In this document: positions 53,380 through 64,000 of the stretch, one piece after another | Layout of the letters: each line of letters starts with the position of its first letter | Numbering within the stretch: the first letter of the stretch is position 1 | DNA from: Camelus dromedarius | Lineage: Eukaryota | Assembly (NCBI RefSeq): GCF_036321535.1 | Contig: NC_087436.1 | Coordinates: 67,954,001-68,018,000, forward strand | Direction of reading: 5' to 3' | Length of the DNA: 64,000 nt | Position numbers and translations under genes: made by a program | Notes under the pieces: generated by a model | Told to the model about the DNA's origin: nothing | Database searches by the model: none | The model's input: the letters and a program-made list of their open reading frames with translations, nothing else

Positions 53380-53615
53380 TAATAACAGTTAATACTGAGT
53401 AATAACTACATAATAGGCATTGTCCTAAGTATTTTACATTAAATATTTTTTAATCTGCAAAGTATATTATGATCCCCTTTTTATAAAATGGAGAGACTGA
53501 GGTTCAACCAGGTAAACTTGTTCAATCTATATCACTAGAAATTGGTAAGCCTTATGTCCTAACCCAGGTCGTACAGCTATAGCACTAAAGCTCTAAACAC
53601 TAAGGCATACTATTT
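53380..53615 (-). mobile_element. MIR SINE remnant
   Basis: ATTATGATCCCCTTTTTATAAAATGGAGAGACTGAGGTTCA...AACCCAGGTC. Confidence 0.7.
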
Positions 53616-53637
53616 CATATTTAAAATGAAAGAACCA

Positions 53638-56512
53638 GAAGATTCAGATCAAGACAGGGAGTAGGAGGACATGGAACTCACCTCTCCCAATAAACAAATC
53701 AAAAATACATCTACACATGGAACAATTCTCACTGGAAACTGGAGACTGGCAGAAAGACTCTCACACAACCAAGGTTGTAAGAAGGATCCATACAGAATTG
53801 GGAGGGAAGGGTAGAGAAGCAATCAGGTTGGGACCTGTGTCCCTGACAGGGGACACAAGTGGAGGGAGATCCTCCCTGGGAAGTGAGACTTGTTAAGTGG
53901 TCTAGCATATGATATGTCCTGGAGAATGTTCCATGTTCACTTGAAAAGAATCTGTATGTTTTGAGATGGAATGTCCCGTAGATATCTACTAAGTTCAACT
54001 GGTCTGCTGTGTCACTTATGATCACTGTTTTTGTTTTGTTTTTCTATCTGGATAATCTGTCCATTGATGTAAGTAGAGTGTTAAAGCCCCCTATTATTAT
54101 TTGCATTATCATCAATTTCTCCCTTCATGTCTGATAACATTTGCTTTATACATTTAGGTGCTCCTAATTAGGTGCCTATATGTTAACAAGTGTTATATTC
54201 TCTTTTTGTATTGATACATTTATCATTATGTAATGCCCTTCTCTGTATTTTGTTATATACTTTGTTTTATAGTCTACTTCTTTAGATATGAGTCTTGCTA
54301 CCCCTGCTTTCTTGTCAACCACAGCTAACATCATAGTCAACAGTGAAAAGCCAATGTCTCTTTTCTCTAAAATCAGGAACAAGATAAAGATGCCCGTTAT
54401 CACCATGTTTATTTAACATCCAATTGGAAGTTCCAGCCACAACAATCAGACAAGATAAAGAAATAAGAGGCATCCAAGTTGGAAGGGAATAAACAAAACT
54501 TTCACTACTTGCAGATAACACAATAGTATATATAGAAAACCCTAAAGTGTCCACCAAAAACTGTAATAATAAACTAATAAATGAGTTCAGTAAAGTTGTA
54601 GAAGACAAGATTAATATATAGAAGTTTGTTTTTTCTATATAATAATGAACTATCAGAAAGAGAAACAAATTTTTAATTATGTTTAAAATTGCATCAAAAA
54701 GAATAAAATACCTTGGAATAAACTTAACCAAAACTGAAAGACCTACTCTCTGAAAACTATAAAACATTAATAAAGGAAATTAAAGATGATACAAAGAAAT
54801 GGAAAGATATCCTGTGCTCTTAGATTGGAAGAATTAATATTAAAATGTCCAAACTTCCCAAAGCAATCTACAGATTTAATGCAATCCCTATTAAAATACC
54901 CATGACATTTTTTCACAGAACTAGGACAAATAATCCTAAAATTTATATGGAATCAAAAAAGACTCCAAATTGCCAACACAATCTTTAGAAAAAAGATCAA
55001 AGCTAGAGGTATCATGCTTCCTGACTTTAGACTATACTACAAAGCTATAGTAATAACAACAGCATGGTATTGTCACAAAAATAGACACAGAAATCAACAA
55101 AACATAATAGACAATGCAGAAATAAACACTTATGGTTAATTAATCTATGACAAAGGAAGGAAAAATATACAATGGAGAAATGACAGTCTCTTCAATAAGT
55201 GGTGCTGGGGATACTGGACAGCTACATATAAGAGAATAAGATTAGACCATTTCCTCACACCACATACAAAAATAAACTCAAAATGAATTAAATGTAAGAC
55301 TTAAAGCCACAAAACACCTAGAAGAGAACACAGGCAGAACACTCTTTGACATAAACTGTAGTAATATTCCTATGTATCTGTCTCTTAAGGCAAAAGAAAC
55401 AAAAGCAAAAAATAAACAAATGAAACCTAATTAAACTTAAAAGTTTTTGCACAGCAAAGGAAGCCACTGACAAAATGAAGACAACCTACTGAATGGGAGA
55501 GAAGATTTGAAAATGATATGACTAATAAGGGCTAAATATCTAAAAGATATAAAGAGCTTATAAAACTCAATATCAAAAAAAAAAAAAAAAAAAAACAGCC
55601 CAATTAGAAAATGACCAGAAAACCTGAATAGAAATTTTTCTGAAGAAGATATACAGAAGGCCAACAGGCATATAAAAAGATTCTCAATACTGCTAATTAT
55701 TAGAGAAATGCAAATTATAACCACAATGAGATATCATCTCACCCCTTTCAGAATGGCTCTCAGCAAAAAGAGCAAAAATAACAAATGTTGGCCAAAAATT
55801 TGTGAAATGGGAACCATCGTTCACTGTCGGTGAGAATGTAAATTGATGGAATTCCACTGTGGAAAACAGCATGGGTGTTTCTAAAAAAAAGTAAAAATAA
55901 AACTACCATGTGATAAAACAAAAACAGTAATTTGAAAAGGTTCATGCACACCAATATTCATAGCAGCATTATTTATAATAGCGATGTAAGTCATCAAAGA
56001 TATGCAAGCAACTTATGTGTCCATCAATGATGAATGAAGAAAGAAGAAATGGTGTATATATATATATACACACTGGAATATATTCAGTCACAAAAAAGAA
56101 TGAAATTCTGCTTTTGCAACAACATGGATAGACCTAGACGGTATTATGCTTAGTGAAATAAATCAGACAGAAAAACAAATACTCTATGTTATCACTTTTG
56201 TGTAGAATTTAAAAAATAAAACAAAATAAATGAATTAATATAACAAAATAGAAACAGATTCACAGATATAGAGAACAAACCAGTGGTTACAATGGGTGGA
56301 GGGAAGGGTGCAGGGCAGGAAAGGAGGAGGGGATTAAGAGGTAGAAAATACTATGTAAATAAATAAGCAACAAGGATATATTGTAAAGCACAAGGAAATA
56401 CAGCCATTAGTTTGTAACAACTTTAAATGGAGCATAATCTACAAAAATATTGAATCATAATGTGTATACCTGAAAATCATATAATATTGTAAATCAACTA
56501 TACTTCAATTAA
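53638..56512 (+). mobile_element. Rearranged LINE-1: 5'UTR (+), inverted endonuclease fragment (-), RT/C-terminus/3'UTR (+)
   Basis: 5'UTR-like start GATCAAGACAGGGAGTAGGAGGACATGGAACTCACCTCTCCC. Minus-strand EN peptides KKAGVARLISK...EGHYIMINVSIQKENITLVNI and DQLNLVDIYGTFH...FFSSEHGTFSR. Sense ORF2 from about 54316 (TTTGCAGATAAC at the FADD position) to AACTATACTTCAATTAA. Confidence 0.9.
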
Positions 56513-56759
56513 GGTAAAATTAAGTGAACTGAGGAGTATTTCAAGTATGAAAAACATATATATAATTAATTTTGAATTATTAATGCCAACACTTTACAAT
56601 AACTCTGACAAGTCAGCTCTAACACCATTTGAAATTAGCATAAAGAACTGCAGAAAAATGTGATAAATTGATGGGAAACCACATAATTTTTTAAAAACGT
56701 CTCATCTTTAATCTCTGTCTGATCACTCTTTTCTGACGTTCTCTCCACCTGTCTCAATA

Positions 56760-57800
56760 CAGAGTCTTTGTCTTATCTCGTTATTTTTGTGTCAATTCTC
56801 ATATATTGTTATTGTACTGAATCACATCTTCATCCATCTTCTTTTCTTTTTCTCTGAATGCATCTCTGAGAGGTTTCACACACACTCATCACTTCAATAT
56901 TGATAGTTTCCAAATGAATAACTACAATTCTGATTTATCAATTTTCTAAGCTCCTGACTTATAACATGGTTCCAAATGAATACTAACTGTCCACTGGCCC
57001 ATAGACCTCTTAACTGTTCCTAAACTGTTATTATCCTTCACTAAGCTACAACCTCAACCTGAAAAAACTGTTACTCCTCCTGTTTTCTCAGCTAATTGCC
57101 CTATACCCAGCTTCTGAAGTCAGAAGATAGAATTCTCGACTTCTGCCTCTCACCCCAACATCCAATTAGGTACTAAATTATTTTATTCTTACTTACCTTT
57201 AAAGTCAAGTTTTCTCTCTTGATTTTCTCTCTTCTTAAATATCATTCCAGGAGGCCCTCTGATTGATCTTACTTAGGGCTGTAATCACAGTCAGCTGCTC
57301 TCTCCACTGTGAGTCTCTCCATTCTCATAACCACCCTGGCCCTTTATTCCCTGTGTTTTTCTCAGAGACATCATTCTAAAACTCAGATCTCCTCTAGCTC
57401 TTTCCCTGGTTAAAATCCGTCAGTGATTGTTAAAGATGGAAGTCCAAAAAGCCCCTTTATTATTAGGCTCTTGTCTATCTCAAGCTAGTCTACTATAGCT
57501 ACCCCATTCCTGGAGTTAACTGGAACAGTCTATAGAATGTCCAAGTCTCCTTTAATGCCCAATTAAAATATCACCTCTCTCATAAAGCTTTCTTTGAGGA
57601 GAATAGAGTTAAGCCTTACTCCTTTATTCTTCCCATAGTCCTTTTGTACAAAGTCTCTACTGTAGAACATTTTTATTCTTTTTTTCCTATCCTTACCACT
57701 ATGCTGGAGGCAAATTTATTGATTTTTTTTGTATCACAAAATACACAGGGCACTATCTATAATAGCCCTTCATATTTGCCAAAGGCACTGATGAATGAGT
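56760..57800 (+). mobile_element. LINE-2 remnant
   Basis: Pyrimidine-rich L2-like motifs (CTCCTCCTGTTTTCTC, CCTCTCACCCCAACATCCAAT, ATATCACCTCTCT), ending TGATGAATGA. Confidence 0.6.
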
Positions 57801-57909
57801 ATAGGAGTAGAAAGCAGAGAAAGAAAGCCACCTACCCTTTGTCTCTGGACTGAACTGCATCTCAAGCTGAAGTACAGCTTAGTGGCAAACAATAACCTCT
57901 GAAGCCAGA

Positions 57910-58731
57910 TGTATTAGTTATCTATTGCTGCATAACAAATTACCACAATTAGTGGCTTAAAAATACACATTTATTACACACTTACTGGGGGTCAGGAGTT
58001 CATACTGACTTAACTGTGTCCTCTGCTTCAGATACTTTCAAACGGCTGCAATTAATGTGTTGGCCAACGTGAGGGCCAAAGCTTTGACTGGGGAAGGACC
58101 CATTTCCAAATTTATGTGATTGTTGGCAGATTTAGTTCCATGCAGGACGTTGGACTAAGGATATCAATTCTTTGCTGGTTAAAGACCAGAAGCCACCTGT
58201 CAGCCTAGGGAGGCTAAAGAGGGATTCGAGGAGGTAAGCTGCCCAACTGGAAGAAAGCGCGAGGAGCTGATACAATGCACGAGGAGCTGACATGGAGCAA
58301 AACAGCACTTTATTGCAGTACAAGCAGATGGCATGTGCCTCAGGTGTACGCACTTGTCCTTTTATAATGCTAGCGGCGCATGCATATTGATCATAATGCT
58401 GACTCATGCTAGTGGCACATATGTACATTTACTTCAAGTGATTGTGAACTTTGGCCTGGGCCCCACAGCCTACTCACTTAAGGCTGCCAACATCACCCTA
58501 ACTTAGTTCCCTGTCACTGTGTCCTCTCAAACATGGCAGCTGGCTTCATCAAAGCCAGCTAAAAATTCTGCTGGCAAGACAGAAATCACAATCATATATC
58601 ATCATGGAAGTAGCATCTTATTACATTTGCTGTATTGGTTATATGTGAGTGGCTAGGCCAGCTCATCTTTGAAGAGAGGAGATTATACAAGGGGATGTGT
58701 AATAGACAGAATTCATAAAATCCTCCCCACA
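57910..58731 (-). mobile_element. MaLR solo LTR, MLT1F-like, split by a younger LTR
   Basis: TGTATTAGTTATCTATTGCTGCATAACAAATTACCACAA start. It resumes after 58492 with AACATGGCAGCTGGCTTCATCAAAGCCAGC and GAGAGGAGATTATACAAGG. Confidence 0.85.
58198..58492 (-). mobile_element. Young compact (295 bp) solo LTR of unassigned ERV family
   Basis: TGT...ACA termini, 5-bp flanks CCACC/TCACC, minus-strand TATAAAA (58360-58366) then AATAAA (58309-58314), and 7 CpGs retained. Confidence 0.8.
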
Positions 58732-58771
58732 AAATTCTCATCCTTTAGTCATTCAAACACTAATCTAGGCA

Positions 58772-59335
58772 CTGGTGTGAGGGGGCTTTGATGATTAAAT
58801 TAAAGTTATTAATCAACCAGCGTAATCAGTAAGGAGATTATCCACATGGATTACCCAGGGGGGTCCAATCTAATCACATGAGCACCTAAAAGCCAAGAAT
58901 TTTCTCTGACTGGTATCAGAGACATGAGGAGAAAGGAAAGCAGAGAAGAGAGGAGGCAGAAGAGAAGGTCAGAAAGACTCAGGATTCTACCTTATCACTG
59001 GCTTTGAAGACTGAGAAAGGAAGCCACATGCCAGGGAAGGTGGACAGCTCTAGAAGCTCAAAATGACCCCTGCTTTACAGACAACAAAGAAATAGTACCT
59101 CAGTCCTATAGCCATGGGAACTGACTTTGGCTACAAACCTTGAAGAGCCTAGAAACATATTTTCTCCTGGAGCCTCCAGAAGGAACACAGCCCTGATGAC
59201 ATCATGGCTTCAACCTGTGAGACTTGCAGTGTCCAGACTTATAATCCAAAGAAATTATAATACAATAAATGTGTGTAGTTTTAGGCTGCTAAACTTGTGA
59301 TAATTTGTTAAGGTATCAATAGAAAACTCTATACC
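58772..59335 (+). mobile_element. MaLR solo LTR, MLT1E-like
   Basis: GGAGATTATCC...GGATTACCCAGGGGGGTCCAATCTAATCACATGAGC, GAGCCTCCAGAAGGAACACAGCCC and AATAAATGTGTG...ATAGAAAACT. Confidence 0.85.
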
Positions 59336-59369
59336 TGTATACCAGGAAATGGTGATCATTAAGAGATAC

Positions 59370-59560
59370 CTTAGAACCTGCTTCCAGACGAGACAACCTG
59401 GACTTTGAGACTGACTAACTGTGTGACCAGGGCAAGCTACTACTCTGTGCCTCAGTTTTCTCATCTGTAACATGGAGGCAATAATAGTAGTACCTAACTC
59501 TCAGGTTTGGTGTGAAGAACAAGTGAGTTTATATATGGAGAGAAGAGTGACAGGCCAGCA
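59370..59560 (+). mobile_element. MIR SINE
   Basis: CTGTGTGACCAGGGCAAG...CTCTGTGCCTCAGTTTTCTCATCTGTAACATGGAGGCAATAATAGTA core. Confidence 0.85.
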
Positions 59561-62335
59561 GGTTATATGTACTTGTATCTGTTGGTTATCAGTGTTCTTT
59601 CTAGAAGATAATTATTTCTATTCTTCTTAAAATCTCAAGGCATAATTATTTTAGAAGTATAAGAGTTAAAGATATTATCATAGTATAATATTCCATTTTC
59701 TTTGCCCAAAACAGTGGAGAAGCAACACAAAACCATAATATGGAGAATTTTCCTTATCTAAATAAATCAGGCAACAGACCTGCAGTTCTTGATGGTGATA
59801 AGCTAGTGATACTTATTAGGGCAAAACAGTATAAATGCAACCAGATGTTTCATTCACTTCTACTAAAATTGATTTCAGTTTAATCAACAAATTCTCTCAG
59901 ACGAAAACCTTAGCAGTGAACCAATGGTTTAAACTCTGCATTCATATTTAACTTTCAGATGGTTTTGGTAATTACTGTATGGGAAAAACATAATGTCTTG
60001 CCATCTCCAATTGTTCTCTGATTATATTGAGTTCCCTTAACCTTCACTGCTGCATTTGGTCTCTAAGAGCTTTGAAGTACGTTTTAATTTTTTTCACGAA
60101 TTTATCTAATCAGCTTGTCCTGAATTAATCCTTTTCCTATTTTTCTCTTAGTCTAATTCTTTACTGCACACTATAGTTAATTTTTTAAGTGACTAGAAAC
60201 AAGAAGAAGCAATTAATCTGTGTGGAATTTAACTGTTATTCTTCTAGATGTTTTTGACAATATAAAACTGATGATTCTCAGGGTTGTAAATTTTTCTGTT
60301 GGAGTAAGTTCCATATTTTAATTTGTCTACCTCTTTCCAGTCATTAGATCATTGTTCTAAAGCCTGCAGAATTGCTCTGTTTTTCATAATTAATTCTCAA
60401 TTATTGACCATCCCTCCTTATCCACTGATTTTCATGATCATAAAAAATTATTTTACATAATTTATAAAAAGAAATTTTCTCTTATATTTCCTTTTGAAAT
60501 ATCCCTGAATATAGTTTTATGAAAATATAACATTTCTCCCTGCTTTCTAAATTTAAAGAATCCTTCTGCCTTATCATGATTATCATTTTTATTATTTAAT
60601 GCCCCTTCTAGGATATGCAAATAGTCATGGCTAATGATTTGCCTATGTTTCTAATTCTTCCTTAATCCCACTTTATCTTTTCACCTTAACCTTGCCCCAA
60701 AGCTGGGACTTCACTAAAAATTAATACAAACAAACAAGCAAACCTTTAAACAATATAAGCAGTTTGAGATAAGAATCTATGAAAAAAATACATACTTATT
60801 CTCTCATGTTCCCACTAACACTGCCATTTTGTGTGAGTGAAATTCCTCTCCTTTTGGATCAGGCAAATCTAAGTAAATGCCCCACCTCTGTTGGAAAAGG
60901 AAAGGGATAATAATGCCAGCTGGTGACTGAGAAAACAGCAATGGGGTGTGGGTAGTTCACAACTGGAATTTCTTTTTGGTAACAAAAACCCATGAAGGTC
61001 CTTTCCGTTTTTCACACTTGTTTCTTAAGTTACTGTGATAGCTAGGCGTCTAAAGAGGCCTCATGAAGCCCTAATATCCTGGGAGCATTATTTTATTACT
61101 TATTTAGAAGTCAGTACAATCACCTAAAAGAATATATGTGTTCGGTGATTGCTCAGTGAGTAACTAGTGTACCCAATAGCAATTTCAAGGCAAATTGTCT
61201 AAATATCATTAGAGGAGAACTTAAAATTTGGATCAATTATTCTAACAAATAAATGCAATTCACCATAGAGAACATGGACTTCTATAATGGTGGGGCAATC
61301 CATCTCTTTAATGTCCTATAGTTTATTATTGATTTCACAAATACAGTATTTTCATCAGAAATATTTATTATTAGTGTCTTGCTTCAAACTTAACTTTGCT
61401 ATTATATTGAAATGAAGAACAAAATACAATATTAACCTTGAAATTCAAACTGGGTCCCAGAGGGGTGAGACTGTTCATTCTGGTACATTCTCATTTCTAC
61501 AAATGACTAGAAAAATATAAACATATTAAGGGGAAAAAAATAAGCATAAAGCAAGCAGCCAGAACAATCCAAAAGGGTTCAGAGATGCTTTGTAAACACA
61601 GATATATATTAATAAAGTGTAGTTTTGACAGATGTGTAATATGCTATTTGGCCTACAAAGGATGTTTGTGATCATTCCAACACAACAATTAGACAGCATC
61701 AGGGAGAATTGCAGCATTTAAAAATGGAATAAATTTCAAAGCAGCTAATCACCTTTACAGACTTTTAGAATGTACCATAAAATGTTTTGTTTAATGTATA
61801 CACACATAATTTTGTTCCAAGTATCCTTTTTTATTTTTAATTGTAATCATCAGGGGTGTCTTTACAGTTAGTAAGTGGCATAGCCAAGGCTTCAGCCAAT
61901 CAGAACACATCAGAAAAGGGTTCTACAGGGCCTGCTGTGCCGGTGAATCCTTTACTTCTTGGATTTTGTTGATGGTCAGCTGGGTGTGGGGGGTGGGGTG
62001 ATGGCATCTGGGACAGTGAAGGATTCTCAGAGAGTAGAGTTTTAGCAACCAGTGTGGAATTGTTGAAATACTGTAAATGTGCCAACATGCACTAGTAATA
62101 ATTACAGTAGTTATTGAAAGGCTACTTTGAATATATATGCATTTATTCTAAGACAGTCAAAGTATATGTATATTGAAAATTATCAGCATAGAGAATTGAT
62201 TTTTTTAAAGTAGTTATTTTTAGCATTTTGTAACTTTAAAAAGGAGCTTAGAGTTAATGTCATCTAAATCCTTACATTTAGAGAGTGGGTTAATAAGAAA
62301 AAAATGATGGATGAATTGTGTGTGTGGCCACTTAA

Positions 62336-62517
62336 CATATATATTATATTATATATTACATATAATGTCATATGTTATATATAATGTCATACAGATAACG
62401 TCATATTATATATGTCATATGCATATATATGTTATCTATATACATATAGTTGCTCTCTATATAGCATATATATGTGTGTGTGTGTGTGTGTGTTTGTGTG
62501 TGTGTCTATATGTATAT
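62336..62517. repeat. AT-rich low-complexity tract plus (TG)n microsatellite
   Basis: Directly visible. Flanked by TGGCCACTTAA and TGGCCACCTTAA. Confidence 0.9.
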
Positions 62518-64000
62518 GGCCACCTTAAATCTAAATTGTAATCCCCAGATTGGTTTCTGCTAGGACTATGTAACTTTTAGAAAGAAAATACTCTGGTTTT
62601 CCACCTCTGATTTCCTATTTTCATTTTCAATAATTTCTCATTTAAAACTAGTCAGAACCTGTTAGGAGGAAAAAAATAAATCAGAATGCATTTATTTGCA
62701 TGTTTTACAGCAAAGATGTACAGTGATCACTACTTTAAAGTTTCTCAAATATAAAACATGTCAATGGAATTTTATCAGTGATAGAATTTTATCAGTGATA
62801 GACTGTGAAAACATAAGAGGAAACATAAGAGGAAGAAAACAGGATTTTGTCTAAGCAAGAAAAGGCAAGATATAGGAAAAATGATACTTGCTTAATAGCA
62901 TTCTTAGTAATTTGAAAACCAAAACAAGTGAAACATTCATGAGGATAAATGTTTTTCTTAAAAAAATTCTATTTTATATTTTGTAATGCATATTATTATT
63001 TTTAAAGAATTACAAATAAATAGGAAAAATTCTGTGTCATATTATACAGGAGTGACATAGATCTTGGGTTACATTATATATTTTGTCCCTGTCTCTCAGA
63101 ACCCCAGATATCCTTGTTGATTGCATCAAAATAACTAAAATGGATTAATCTTAATATATTTAAGATTACATTAAGATTTATAGAGAGATATACTTAATAC
63201 ACTTAAAATATACCTCTGTAGAATGCAGTTATATTTTTCCTCTTCTTGTTTTCCTTAGTTTTCAATCAGTGCCTACATTCTGTTCTGGTCTAAGTGTTCT
63301 AAACATTGATAGAACTAGTGTTTTGACCATACAACATATACAATGTGATCAAATGCAACTGCATTTTTACCTCCTCTTCCTTCTTTAAATTTTATTCAGT
63401 GGGGGAATCTTCCCCTGGGCTAATATGGAAACTGGGGTCAATGTCATGAGCTTTATTTCTACTCTTAGATAATGGAAATTTCTAGGCAACTCTAATTGAT
63501 TAATTCTAATATCAGGTGTAAATCTATGATTCAGTTTTTATTCAGAGGGTAAGTTTTCTATTCAGTCCATCCACTTGGTCCTGTAGATGTCGCCTGCGGT
63601 AGGGTAAGAGACATAATGAGTTTCAGCTCTTGCCCCACTAACTTCTTTCCGCATTCACTTTGTGATATTTTAGAGCCCATCAAAGTCAAATCACAGGAAG
63701 GAAGTAAAAATGTGGATAGACTGTTTTCTAAGTTAAATGGGTACTTTTGAACTTTCTAGCTCTGGAAGATACTTAAAACAGATTCTATCATAGGGGGACT
63801 GTTGTGGGTGGTTAGAAAGTCCCATTACTGAGGACTCATTGGTTAGCTCAAGTCACAGACAAAGTATTGATTTACCAACCTGGCCATCTCTCCTCTGTTG
63901 TTCTGCCCCTGGTTCACTGGCTGTATCATCTCCTAGTTAAGACCATGAATTTTGACATTGAATAAACTTGGTCTTAAATCTTGCTTCCATGATTTTCCAA

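Noticed and set aside
63370..63680. Short minus-strand ORFs (MGSKISQSEC..., KFPLSKSRNK...) and plus-strand GTAAG donors
   Set aside because: They are at most 40 aa, interrupted by stops, with no recognisable protein or consistent exon boundaries.
1..64000. CRISPR array, operon, rRNA, nuclear mitochondrial insert or processed pseudogene
   Set aside because: I saw no repeat-spacer array, gene-dense region, rRNA or mitochondrial motif, or mRNA-like TSD-flanked insert. The DNA is mammalian and repeat-rich.

Overview
AT-rich, CpG-poor mammalian non-coding DNA (intron or gene desert). It is most likely from a camelid, judged by two tRNA-derived SINE copies of the camelid vic-1 type. I recognise no intact protein-coding gene. 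The ORFs I could interpret are decayed LINE-1 or transposase fragments, repeat read-throughs or microsatellite artefacts, and the rest are short and unrecognisable. Much of the window is interspersed repeat: about 10 LINE-1 pieces (four with inverted segments), about 11-12 solo LTRs (MaLR MLT1, ERV1-like and one young compact LTR), DNA transposons (a Mutator-like element with TIRs, TSD and readable transposase remnant, plus MER58A-, MER119-, MER94- and MER8-like elements), L2/MIR relics and microsatellites. The most notable items are the nested Mutator-like fossil at 0.85-2.24 kb, a three-part rearranged L1 at 53.6-56.5 kb, a young LTR with an intact ARE-TATA-polyA layout at 58.2-58.5 kb, minus-strand exon candidates (best at 34063-34214) and several repeat-free motif clusters that may be enhancers. 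Repeat family names come from recall of consensus sequences, not a database search, and boundaries are approximate. I found no convincing evidence of a new biological system.
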